Shown: piece by piece, positions 28,975 to 37,986 of the stretch
Position numbering within the stretch: the stretch's first letter is position 1
How the letters are laid out: every line of letters begins with the position of its first letter
Origin: Pseudomonadota bacterium
GTDB taxonomy: Bacteria > Pseudomonadota > Gammaproteobacteria > Pseudomonadales > Azotimanducaceae
Assembly: GCA_036161055.1 (NCBI GenBank)
Contig: JAYYDI010000155.1
Coordinates: forward strand, 1-46,524
Direction: 5' to 3'
DNA: 46,524 bases
Translations under genes and position numbers: made by a program
The notes under the pieces: generated by a model
Told to the model about the DNA's origin: nothing
Database searches by the model: none
What the model saw: the letters and a program-made list of their open reading frames with translations, nothing else

Positions 28975-29730
28975 TTAGAGCTCCTTTATCACCTTCCTAT
29001 CTATTCGTTTCAATAGAAAAACAGCGCTAATCCCAGTTAGAAAAGAGATGAATATAACGTAAGCTAAATCATTTAAGTTAGGCATCGACCCCTCTAATAA
29101 AATCTCTCTGTAGCATTCCAAAAGGAGAGCGATGGGGTTGAGCAAAAGAATGCTCCTAATCTCTGGGGCCATCGCGTCAATACTAAAAAATACCCCTGAC
29201 AGAAACATTAAGAGTAGCATTCCATTGTCGATCACGTAACGAAGATCCGGCAGATATGGTACTAGGCAGGAGAGAAGACAGGTGCAGGATGCCACCATCA
29301 ACAGTTGGATTGCGAGAACGGGGAGCAAAGACCACCAGGTGTTAGATAGCTCAAAACCTGACAGTATAAGGATAAGTAAGAGCACCGGAAAAACTAGAGT
29401 GAATTTGAATGTGTTTATCACTACGACAATTAGCGGGAATACATATTTAGGAAGGTAAACTTGGTTGATTAGTCCAGCGTTCGCAACAATTGACCTGCTT
29501 CCACTGTTGAGTGTGCTCGAAAACCATTTCCAAGGTACTAACCCGCAAAGTAAAAAGAACAAAAAGTTATCGCCACCTTGACGCAGACCAATTCCAAACA
29601 AAACGTAAAAAGCACCCATGTAGAGCAGGGGTTCTAAAAACCACCAGATAAATCCTATATATGCCCTGCTGACTTCGGACCTAATTTCGGCCCAAGCTTT
29701 TACAAAGATCAATTCAATGTGATGCATCAC
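28975..29730 (-). CDS. ABC-2 type transporter permease (Wzm/KpsM/TagG-like)
   Basis: It has six predicted TM segments. The N-terminal block RAYIGFIWWFLEPLLYMGAFYVLFG and the ~250 aa size are typical of ABC-2 polysaccharide/lipid export permeases. There is no adjacent ATPase gene. Confidence 0.75.
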   Translation of the reverse strand: MMHHIELIFVKAWAEIRSEVSRAYIGFIWWFLEPLLYMGAFYVLFGIGLRQGGDNFLFFLLCGLVPWKWFSSTLNSGSRSIVANAGLINQVYLPKYVFPLIVVVINTFKFTLVFPVLLLILILSGFELSNTWWSLLPVLAIQLLMVASCTCLLSCLVPYLPDLRYVIDNGMLLLMFLSGVFFSIDAMAPEIRSILLLNPIALLLECYREILLEGSMPNLNDLAYVIFISFLTGISAVFLLKRIDRKVIKEL

Positions 29731-29773
29731 TTGCCAAAAATTATTGTGGGCCCAAGCGCTTTGCTACTATTTA

Positions 29774-30622
29774 CTATTTGAATTGTCTTTTCTCCCACCA
29801 TGGAAAAAATTCGGGCATGTCTTCGGAGACTTTATCCTTGAACTCAGCGGGCCTCTTCTCAAGAAAAGATTGCACTCCTTCATGAGCATCGGCCGATTTT
29901 CCTGTAAAATAGACCCCTCGGCTATCAATTTTATGAGCTTCCATAGGATGGTCCGCACCCAACATTTTCCACATCATTTGGCGTGTCATCGCTACTGAAA
30001 CGGCGCTAGTCTGATTTGCGAATTCAGCAGCTAGTTTTCGTGCGTCTCCTAGAAGATCGCTCTCTTTGTGAACGCTTCTGATGAAATTTCGATCGAGAGC
30101 TTCTGAAGCGTCAAAGATCCTTCCTGAATAAGTCCACTCTAGCGCAGTATTGATTCCTACGCATCTTGGCAAAAACCAGCTCGAGCAGGCCTCCGGGACG
30201 ATACCTCTTTTTGAAAAGACGAATCCATACCTCGCGTTTTCTGACGCGAGTCTGATGTCCATGGCGCATTGCATCGTGGCGCCGACGCCCACTGCGGGGC
30301 CGTTGCAAGCGCTAATAACCGGTTTCATGCACTCGAAAATTCTTAATGTCAGGACACCTCCGCCATCAGGGTGGATTCCTCGACCGTCAGAATCGTAATC
30401 AAAAGTCGTGTTTCCTCCCGAAAGATCAGCACCAGCGCAAAATGCTCGTCCCTTACCAGTGAAAATAATTGCTTTGACATTATCGTCACTGTCTGCGCGA
30501 TCCAATGCATTTAGGATTTCTGACGACATGGTTCCATTGAGAGCGTTCAATTTTTCGGGACGATTCAGAGTGATTGTGAGAATATTATCCTCAACTTCGT
30601 AATTAATCGCTTCGTATTCCAT
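29774..30622 (-). CDS. Enoyl-CoA hydratase/isomerase (crotonase) family protein
   Basis: LTITLNRPEKLNAL and FTGKGRAFCAGADLS are the oxyanion-hole signature. Confidence 0.9.
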   Translation of the reverse strand: MEYEAINYEVEDNILTITLNRPEKLNALNGTMSSEILNALDRADSDDNVKAIIFTGKGRAFCAGADLSGGNTTFDYDSDGRGIHPDGGGVLTLRIFECMKPVISACNGPAVGVGATMQCAMDIRLASENARYGFVFSKRGIVPEACSSWFLPRCVGINTALEWTYSGRIFDASEALDRNFIRSVHKESDLLGDARKLAAEFANQTSAVSVAMTRQMMWKMLGADHPMEAHKIDSRGVYFTGKSADAHEGVQSFLEKRPAEFKDKVSEDMPEFFPWWEKRQFK

Positions 30623-30654
30623 TTTTTTTCCCTCTTTATATTGACCTGATGAAT

Positions 30655-31440
30655 TTAAGATCCGTTAGCCTTCAATTCTTCCTCGGTAAGTTCAAGATAT
30701 TTTGTTAGGAAATTAACAAAAAAATAGAACGGTAAGGTATCTGCGAGCGCGACACAGAGTTTGAATAAATAATTGCTTCCCATTAAAGCCAGCATTGAGC
30801 CAGCCGATATCGCTCCAGCAAAAAATTGCGCGCCGAACGTTACGCTAATAACCATAAAAGAATCGACTCCTTGACTTACAACTGTACTTCCATTGTTTCT
30901 TAGCCAAAGATGCTTACCTTTCGTCAGGTTTTTCCAGAAGTGAAACATATAGACGTCACAATATTGAGCCGCAATGTATGCCATCATCGACGCAACCACT
31001 GCGCCTGAGGTTGTTGCATAAATAAGGCTAAACAGCTCTACCTGCCCATTTAAACTCGATCCGTCGGGCAAGGCTACTGGACTAGCTAGGTTGAGCGATT
31101 GCCATGGTGGTTGGGCATCTGAGGGTGACGAAGGTAATTGGTGAGCCAACCAGATTGTCGCGATGATAAAACAGTTGAGTATTAAACCAACTGTTACCAT
31201 GAAGTTCGCTCGTCTTCGTCCGTAGAGCTCACTGATCAGGTCAGTGCATAAAAATGTTAACGGATAGGGAAGAACTCCAACCGCGAGTGCCATGGGACCC
31301 AACTGAACAAATCGGGTTATACCGATTATGTTTAGCATGGTCATCGCACATAGAAACAAGCCGGCGAGAATCAAGAAGACTCGCTCTCGTTTTTCGGTTA
31401 GCTGAGGATTTAATATTGCACTGTTTGCTCTGGTGTTCAT
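30655..31440 (-). CDS. yhhQ: Queuosine-precursor transporter family (YhhQ/DUF165, VUT family) membrane protein
   Basis: It is polytopic. The blocks YPLTFLCTDLISELYG, AQYCDVYMFHFWK, WLRNNGSTVVSQGVDSF and NYLFKLCVALADTLPFY parallel E. coli YhhQ. Confidence 0.75.
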   Translation of the reverse strand: MNTRANSAILNPQLTEKRERVFLILAGLFLCAMTMLNIIGITRFVQLGPMALAVGVLPYPLTFLCTDLISELYGRRRANFMVTVGLILNCFIIATIWLAHQLPSSPSDAQPPWQSLNLASPVALPDGSSLNGQVELFSLIYATTSGAVVASMMAYIAAQYCDVYMFHFWKNLTKGKHLWLRNNGSTVVSQGVDSFMVISVTFGAQFFAGAISAGSMLALMGSNYLFKLCVALADTLPFYFFVNFLTKYLELTEEELKANGS

Positions 31441-32135
31441 TAATTCTCAATTTGGCCTAGGTTAGCGTGAATGATCGTTCCGTTTATTACCGGATTCTCG
31501 CATGCGAATTGTATAGTCGATGCGATTTCTTCCGGTTCAATCAGACGCCCATACGCAGACAGATTGCCAACGGCCTCTAACGCTTCTTTCGAGCCGCCGA
31601 CATGCTCTCTCAGCATTTCGGTGTCAGTAAAACCAGGGCAAATGCAAGCTGTATGAATACCGCTACCAGCTAAATCCTGGCACGTTGCTCTCATCATGCC
31701 GATTACTGCGTGCTTCGAGCTAACGTAGCTGAACGAATTTTTGACCGCTTTCTCAGACAGGGTCGAGCCGATATAAATAATTGAGGAACCGGGAGCCATT
31801 TTAGGAATGAGGAACTTGTTCAAAATTTGCGGTGCAATTACGTTGAGCGCAAGAACCCTTGAGAACTGGAAGGAATCGAGAGCCTTGATATCATCATTTA
31901 TGAGGATCGCGGCGTTATGAATAAGGTGAATTTCCTGGGCCTCTATTCCCGCGGCAAGGGCCTGGACCTTTGTAGCTGCATCTGGCTCGGTCAAGTCCAA
32001 TTTGACGTCGGAAACTCCAACTAAATTAGAAGAGGTTCTTGACAGATTAATTACGTCTCTCCCTTTCTCGGAAAAAAGCCTTGCCGTTGCCTTTCCTATT
32101 CCTTTGCTCGCGCCGGTGATCAGTGAAAGTGTCAT
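31440..32135 (-). CDS. Short-chain dehydrogenase/reductase (SDR)
   Basis: Motifs present are ITGASKGIGKA, NAA and the catalytic YVSSKHAV (YxxxK). Its start overlaps the PTPS-like stop (ATGA) and its stop overlaps the yhhQ start (TAATG). Confidence 0.85.
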   Translation of the reverse strand: MTLSLITGASKGIGKATARLFSEKGRDVINLSRTSSNLVGVSDVKLDLTEPDAATKVQALAAGIEAQEIHLIHNAAILINDDIKALDSFQFSRVLALNVIAPQILNKFLIPKMAPGSSIIYIGSTLSEKAVKNSFSYVSSKHAVIGMMRATCQDLAGSGIHTACICPGFTDTEMLREHVGGSKEALEAVGNLSAYGRLIEPEEIASTIQFACENPVINGTIIHANLGQIEN

Positions 32136-32749
32136 GGCTTCCTCCAGGTAGCGGCGCCAGCTTGGCCCGGGCTGCTTGATATTTTGATAACGATCTCTCT
32201 TATATCTTTATTTTTGATTTCTGAGATTTCCATCAACCTTGTTAGGAAGTAGTGGGACAGCTCCTCTACGCTAACGTTCGAGATAGGAAGTGTAATCACG
32301 TCTCTGTGGAGAAACATAAGTTTCTGTTTGTCAAAGATTCCTGATACGTATTGAGCGTCTTTTTCTATGCTCAAATAAGGTGATTCTTCCGGAAGGATAG
32401 TCTTTTCATCTAAGTCATCGCATAGCTGTTTCAAAGCTTTCTTTAGAACCACATAATCGAAGACCAAACCATTTTCATCAACAGGTGCTAAGACTTCTCC
32501 AATTACCTGAAAGTTATGACCATGGAGATCCTCTCTCTCGGTTCTTGAAAAAATTGTGAAGTGAGCTGCGCTAAAGTTTATCGCTTCTTTCGATAACTCT
32601 ATTCTGCAAAGTTTTTCAGATTCCAATTTCGGCTTATTGTTTTGACGTTGGACTATCTTAACAGAACCTAGAGGCTGTGGAAGTTGCGAATTCTCTCTTT
32701 TATCAGGCACACTTGGCTTTTGATCGGAGAAAACATATGGCATTGTCAA
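32132..32749 (-). CDS. 6-pyruvoyl-tetrahydropterin synthase / QueD-like family protein (non-canonical)
   Basis: NFSAAHF and LHGHNF supply the Zn-binding His triad of the PTPS/QueD fold. The ~45 aa N-terminal extension is unusual. The true start could be the in-frame TTG of KLESEK about 35 codons downstream. Confidence 0.65.
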   Translation of the reverse strand: MTMPYVFSDQKPSVPDKRENSQLPQPLGSVKIVQRQNNKPKLESEKLCRIELSKEAINFSAAHFTIFSRTEREDLHGHNFQVIGEVLAPVDENGLVFDYVVLKKALKQLCDDLDEKTILPEESPYLSIEKDAQYVSGIFDKQKLMFLHRDVITLPISNVSVEELSHYFLTRLMEISEIKNKDIREIVIKISSSPGQAGAATWRKP

Positions 32750-33513
32750 AGTTAAGTCGATCCATCAGCGGGTCGGTCGCGGTTGTTACCGGTGCTGCTT
32801 CAGGAATGGGGCGCGCGACGGCGCATTTGTTTGGAGACGAGGGTGCGAGGGTTGCTCTGCTAGATGTAAACAATGCTGCTTTAGAAAAAGTTCATGAGGA
32901 AATGAACGGAGAGGGATACGATTCCAAAGCTTGGTGTGTAGATCTCTCACACGGGCTGAGTATAAAGAGGGTTTTTTCAGAGATTTCTGAGCATTTTGGC
33001 GGCATAGATATCTTGATTAACAACGCTGGGATCTCTCGTTTTGCTCCGATTGATGATGATGACTATGAGATTGCTTGGCATGAAAGTATCGCGGTTTTGC
33101 TTACTGCGCATACGCTCACCGTGCGAGCTGCTTTACCGCACCTGCGCAGAGCAGAAAACCCCCGCATCGTTAACATCGCTTCCACTGAAGGTCTTGGCGC
33201 AACGCGTTATGGGTCTACGTATACGGCGGCGAAAACTGGGGTGATAGGCTTGACTCGTTCGCTTGCCGTTGAGCTCGGTCCGGAGAAGATAACCGTAAAC
33301 TGTGTTTGCCCTGGGCCAATTAACACAGGAATGACCTCAGCTATTTCTGAGGAGGATAAGGCGATCTTTGCGAGAAGACGCACTGCTTTGCGCCGCTACG
33401 CTGAGCCCGAAGAGGTTGCCCATGGTACGCTAGGGCTAGTTTTGCCGGCATCCCAATACATCACCGGCGTAACACTCCCAGTCGATGGTGGTTTAACAAT
33501 TCGAAATGCCTGA
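32737..33513 (+). CDS. SDR family oxidoreductase (FabG-like)
   Basis: Motifs present are VVTGAASGMGRA, NNAGI, YTAAKTGVIGLTR and PGPINT. I use the internal ATG 32737 (MALSKL...); ORF-track 32677 is antisense to the PTPS-like gene. Confidence 0.9.
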   Translation: MALSKLSRSISGSVAVVTGAASGMGRATAHLFGDEGARVALLDVNNAALEKVHEEMNGEGYDSKAWCVDLSHGLSIKRVFSEISEHFGGIDILINNAGISRFAPIDDDDYEIAWHESIAVLLTAHTLTVRAALPHLRRAENPRIVNIASTEGLGATRYGSTYTAAKTGVIGLTRSLAVELGPEKITVNCVCPGPINTGMTSAISEEDKAIFARRRTALRRYAEPEEVAHGTLGLVLPASQYITGVTLPVDGGLTIRNA

Positions 33514-33530
33514 GCAGCGGAACTCCTAAA

Positions 33531-35612
33531 GTGTCGATAATAAAAGCGTTTGATCTAAAAGAAATTCAACGTGGTAACAAAGCGCTCGAATTCGACAAAA
33601 CCCATGTTGATTCATTAGCAAAAGCTAGGTTAGCGAAAATGTCGCTCGAGGAAAAAATCGAGCAGCTACACGGGTCAAAAAGCAGTGGAGACATGGGTAC
33701 CGAGAAAGGTTTGTACTGGTCTGGCGAAAATTCGGCGCAAGAAATACCTCCCTTTAAGATGGTGGATGGACCGAGGGGCCTGCGTGCAGGGTTTGCGACG
33801 GCTTTTCCAGTTCCAATGGCGAGGGGAGCTTCGTTCGACCCGGCGTTGGAGAAGCGTGTGGGAATGGCAATTGGCGAAGAGGTTGCCGCAGCTGGCGGCA
33901 ATGTTCTTTTGGCTCCTACGATCAATCTTTTGCGGCATCCTGGATGGGGTAGAGCCCAGGAAACTTATTCTGAGGATCCCTTTCACATGGGATTAATGGG
34001 ACTAGCCTTTGTCTCTGGCGCTCAAAATTTTGTGCTGGCCAGTCCAAAGCATTTTGCGCTCAATAATCTCGAAACAACTCGGTTCGAAGTTAACTCAGAA
34101 ATTGATGAGAGAGCCCTTCACGAGGTTTATCTGCCACACTTCAGACGTTCCATTGTGGACGGATGCGCTGCGTCGATAATGAGTGCGTATAACAAAGTGA
34201 ATGGCACCTACTGTGGAGAGCACTCTAATTTATTAGAGAGAATACTCAGAGTCGATTGGAATTTTGAGGGTTTTGTTGAATCGGATTGGTTGTTGGGTAC
34301 TCGATCCACAGCCCCGTCAATAAACGCAGGTATGGATATTGAGATGCCTGCAGCTTATTGGTTCAAACGGGAAAAAATTGAGGAGTCGATGGCTAAAGGT
34401 GAAATTCTTATAGAGACAATTGACCGGAACGTCTTAAGGGTTTTGCGTCAAAAATTTGCCTTTGGCCTAAATTCGCAGATTTCAGTCTCGAAGGCAAGAA
34501 TTGAGTGTGAGGAGCATTTATCTTTGGCTCAGGAGGTAGCCGAAAAGTCCTTTGTTCTTCTCAAAAATGAAGGGGTCCTGCCGCTAAAGGTGACTCAAAA
34601 TATCGCCTTGATTGGTAAATTAGCGGTTACCGAGAATTTAGGCGATCGTGGGAGCAGCATGGTCAGGTCGACCAATGTCTCGACACCTTTTGATGGCCTA
34701 GAGAATTGGAATGGCGCCTCTTTTACTTACTTTGAGGATGCTCCGGAGTCGGAGGTGCTTGAAGGCTTTGAAGTGGCCGTTGTTGTTGCAGGCTACACTT
34801 ATCAAGATGAAGGTGAATATATTCCGACACTTAACAAAGAAAGTAGTGGGGACGACTTGGCGAGGGGAGGAGATCGAAGTTCTATGAGACTGCCGATTGA
34901 TCAAGAACAGTTGATTGTAGCCGTCTCATCTAGAGCAAAAAAAACTGTCGTATTATTAGAGACTGGAAGCTCGGTCAATGTTTATCCTTGGATCGACAGC
35001 ATTGAAGCACTCTTGGTCATTTGGTATCCCGGATGTGAGGGCGGCAAGGCAATTGCGAGAACATTATTTGGAGAAGTGAATCCCTCGGGTCGACTGCCGG
35101 CTCTGTTTCCAAAATCTGATGACCAATTGGGTGAATGGGATATCAACGCGAAAGAAGTGAAGCACGGATTATTTCATGGTTATCGTTATTTGGATCATAA
35201 CCATGAGAGAGCGCTTTTTCCGTTTGGCTTTGGCTTAAGTTACACGGAGTTCAAAGTTAAAAGTGTTATTATCAATCGAAACAAAAGACATTTTTCTGTA
35301 ATTGTTGGCTTATCGAATGCGGGAAAGGTAGACGGGATTTGCGTGCCTCAGCTTTATGTCTCCTGTCTTAACTCAAGGGTTGAAAGGGCAAAAAAAGAAT
35401 TAAAGGGTTTTGGTCGATTGTCTTTGCGAGCCAACGAGAAATTGAATCTGGAGTTCGAGGTTCGGGATTCAGATCTATGTTTCTATGATCGAAAAGCGGG
35501 TTGGGTCTTGGAAGACTGTCTGTACCGTTTCTTTATCGGGTTCTCCTCAGACGACCTGCCTTTCTCTCAGACATGGCGTTTCGACGGTGTTTCCTGGACC
35601 AAGGAAGCTTAA
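33531..35612 (+). CDS. Glycoside hydrolase family 3 (beta-glucosidase-like)
   Basis: Motifs present are DGPRGLR, KHFALNN, the nucleophile motif GFVESDW, and C-terminal GCEGG / FPFGFGLSYT. No signal peptide is evident. Confidence 0.9.
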   Translation: MSIIKAFDLKEIQRGNKALEFDKTHVDSLAKARLAKMSLEEKIEQLHGSKSSGDMGTEKGLYWSGENSAQEIPPFKMVDGPRGLRAGFATAFPVPMARGASFDPALEKRVGMAIGEEVAAAGGNVLLAPTINLLRHPGWGRAQETYSEDPFHMGLMGLAFVSGAQNFVLASPKHFALNNLETTRFEVNSEIDERALHEVYLPHFRRSIVDGCAASIMSAYNKVNGTYCGEHSNLLERILRVDWNFEGFVESDWLLGTRSTAPSINAGMDIEMPAAYWFKREKIEESMAKGEILIETIDRNVLRVLRQKFAFGLNSQISVSKARIECEEHLSLAQEVAEKSFVLLKNEGVLPLKVTQNIALIGKLAVTENLGDRGSSMVRSTNVSTPFDGLENWNGASFTYFEDAPESEVLEGFEVAVVVAGYTYQDEGEYIPTLNKESSGDDLARGGDRSSMRLPIDQEQLIVAVSSRAKKTVVLLETGSSVNVYPWIDSIEALLVIWYPGCEGGKAIARTLFGEVNPSGRLPALFPKSDDQLGEWDINAKEVKHGLFHGYRYLDHNHERALFPFGFGLSYTEFKVKSVIINRNKRHFSVIVGLSNAGKVDGICVPQLYVSCLNSRVERAKKELKGFGRLSLRANEKLNLEFEVRDSDLCFYDRKAGWVLEDCLYRFFIGFSSDDLPFSQTWRFDGVSWTKEA

Positions 35613-35668
35613 GGATAGCGTAATTTCAAAGATCCCGTCGCTATGGCAATATAGAGTCATGAGGATAG

Positions 35669-36868
35669 TTGAAAAAGGAACAAATTGTGGAAGACGTGGT
35701 TATAGTTGATGCTGCAAGATCAGCAGTTGGGAGGAAAAAAGGTGCTTTAGGCTTAGTGCATCCAACAGATACACTGGGTCAAGTTATTAACAAAATGTTG
35801 GAGAGAAGTTCTGTCAGCTCTGAGTCAGTTGACCAGGTCATTGCGGGTTGCATCAACAAGTTAGGTGCGCAAGGAATGAACGTTGCCAGAACCGCTTGGC
35901 TTTCACATGGGGGTGCAGAAAGAACCCCATGCATTACGATAGACTCCCAGTGTGGTTCTTCTCAAGAAGCGGTGCACTTAGCAACAAGTTTACTTAAATC
36001 TGGAATGGCAAGTTGCGTGGTAGCTTGTGGGGTTGAGAATATGACGCGCCTGCCCGTCGGTTCAGACGCGGTTGGTCTTGACAAGAATTTGGGTAAGCCG
36101 GTGGCTCGGTCTTATTTCGAACACTACGAATTCACGAGCCAGTTCGAAGGCGCTGAAAGAATGGCAGAAAAGTACCAAATCACTCGAGCTGATAGCGATG
36201 AATTCGGTCTTCAATCCCAGGAACGAGCTAAAGTTGCCGTTGACGCAGGGTACTTCGAATCACAAATTATTCCGTTAGAAATCCCAAAGTTTGATGAGCT
36301 GGGGAATAGGCTTGAAGAGACTCATGTCTTCAAAAAAGATGAGATCCCCCGTGATACCAGTCTCGAGGCGCTCGCTGGCCTGAAACCGGTGGCTCGTGAA
36401 GACGGGATTCATACCGCTGGCACGTCTTCACAGATTGCTGACGGTGCTTCTGCGCTTCTTATGATGACCGGCTCAAGAGCAAAAGAACTCGGAGTGAAAC
36501 CTTTGGCCAAAATAGTTGATGCCGAGTTGGTAGGTTGTGATCCGGTGCTTATGTTAGAGGGACCCATCCCAGTGACAGAGAAAATGTTGGCCAAGACCGG
36601 GCTTGATATAAACGATATAGATGTTTTCGAAATTAATGAGGCATTTGCGTCAGTTGTGATTTCTTGGGCTAAGTCGGTCGGAGCGGACATGGACAAAGTT
36701 AATCCGAACGGGGGCGCAATAGCTCTAGGACATCCTCTTGGAGCAACAGGATGCTTTTTGACTACGAAAGCGGTGCATGAGTTACATAGGACTAACGGAA
36801 AATATGGGCTGATTGCAATGTGTTGTGGTGGTGGTTTGGGTACAGGCACAATCATAAGCAAGGTTTAA
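35669..36868 (+). CDS. Acetyl-CoA C-acyltransferase (thiolase)
   Basis: Motifs present are the active-site Cys region DSQCGSSQEAV, NPNGGAIALGHPLGATG and MCCGGGLGTG. An alternative start is GTG 35687, 7 nt after AAGGA. Confidence 0.9.
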   Translation: MKKEQIVEDVVIVDAARSAVGRKKGALGLVHPTDTLGQVINKMLERSSVSSESVDQVIAGCINKLGAQGMNVARTAWLSHGGAERTPCITIDSQCGSSQEAVHLATSLLKSGMASCVVACGVENMTRLPVGSDAVGLDKNLGKPVARSYFEHYEFTSQFEGAERMAEKYQITRADSDEFGLQSQERAKVAVDAGYFESQIIPLEIPKFDELGNRLEETHVFKKDEIPRDTSLEALAGLKPVAREDGIHTAGTSSQIADGASALLMMTGSRAKELGVKPLAKIVDAELVGCDPVLMLEGPIPVTEKMLAKTGLDINDIDVFEINEAFASVVISWAKSVGADMDKVNPNGGAIALGHPLGATGCFLTTKAVHELHRTNGKYGLIAMCCGGGLGTGTIISKV

Positions 36869-36897
36869 CTTCGACAGCTTAGTTAGCAAGAGTGTTG

Positions 36898-37854
36898 TTA
36901 GATGAATATTCGGTAGCTCATGTAGAAGAAATAGCTCAAAAGAAATATGGCGCCCAATGGCTTACCCATTACTCCTTTGTTCAGAAGAAAGATAATGACC
37001 AAAAATGCGGCGAGAGCTAAAGACACTCCAATATCAAGTGCGCCACTTGCATCGGTTTTGATTGGATAAATAATTGCTGTTATTGGCAAAACTAACAAAA
37101 GATTGAAAATGTTTGATCCGACGATATTTCCCACACAAAGATCGGCCTCTTTTTTTAGAGCGGCTATGATAGATGTAACCAGTTCCGGCAGGCTGGTTCC
37201 AATAGCGACAAGCCCAATGCCGATAATCGTTGAAGACACTCCCAGAATTGCAGCGAGGGCCACTCCATGAGTTATTACCAGTTCACCTCCAATGGCGAGC
37301 CCGACTGCTCCAACCGCAACCAATGACCAGTTAACAGTTTTGGTATCCCAAAAAGAGGAGCCAGTTACGCTCTTTTCTGTTCCAGTGCTCTCGGACAGGT
37401 CCTTAAACGTCATGTACATAAATATGCAAAATAAGAGCAGTAATATGAGCCCGTCCGATAAATCTAGGGATGAAACTTGTTCTCGTAGCATCGGATCGAG
37501 GATCATGATCACTGTTGCTAAGCTTGCAAGCAATAGAAGGGGTATATCTCTTTTGATGATTTGATCGTTTAAATTGAGACCGGACATAAGAGCCGTTCCC
37601 CCTAGAACTAAGCCGAGATTTGCAAGGTTGGATCCAGCTATGTTCCCGAAGGCAATATCGGTCTGCTCTTTTAAAGCGCCCACCACGTTAACCATCAGCT
37701 CAGGCGCGCTGGTTCCAAAAGCGACGATGGTGAGCCCGACCAAGAGGGGGGACACTCCATATGAATGTGCCAGTCCAGTAGCTCCACGCACAAGACCTGC
37801 GCCTCCGAGAAGCAGACACGTAAGCCCAGCCAATAAAAGTAAAAACGCAGTCAT
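36898..37854 (-). CDS. Calcium/sodium:cation antiporter (CaCA family, YrbG-like)
   Basis: The two alpha-repeat signatures GTSAPEL and GTSLPEL are present, with ~10 TM segments in 318 aa. Confidence 0.85.
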   Translation of the reverse strand: MTAFLLLLAGLTCLLLGGAGLVRGATGLAHSYGVSPLLVGLTIVAFGTSAPELMVNVVGALKEQTDIAFGNIAGSNLANLGLVLGGTALMSGLNLNDQIIKRDIPLLLLASLATVIMILDPMLREQVSSLDLSDGLILLLLFCIFMYMTFKDLSESTGTEKSVTGSSFWDTKTVNWSLVAVGAVGLAIGGELVITHGVALAAILGVSSTIIGIGLVAIGTSLPELVTSIIAALKKEADLCVGNIVGSNIFNLLLVLPITAIIYPIKTDASGALDIGVSLALAAFLVIIFLLNKGVMGKPLGAIFLLSYFFYMSYRIFI

Positions 37855-37986
37855 TCGACAATGGTACCAAGTTATTCGCTAAAAGACTGGTATAGTTTGT
37901 TCCCGCTCAACCTGCCATTTTTTTTGGCTCAGGAGCGGCTGTTTTTTTTTAACAAAGCTATCGAATAAACACTTCTCATGAGGCGC

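Noticed and set aside
32677-32736. Upstream extension of the plus-strand SDR ORF
   Set aside because: It is antisense to the PTPS-like gene. The ATG at 32737 is followed shortly by the TGxxxGxG motif at the usual distance.
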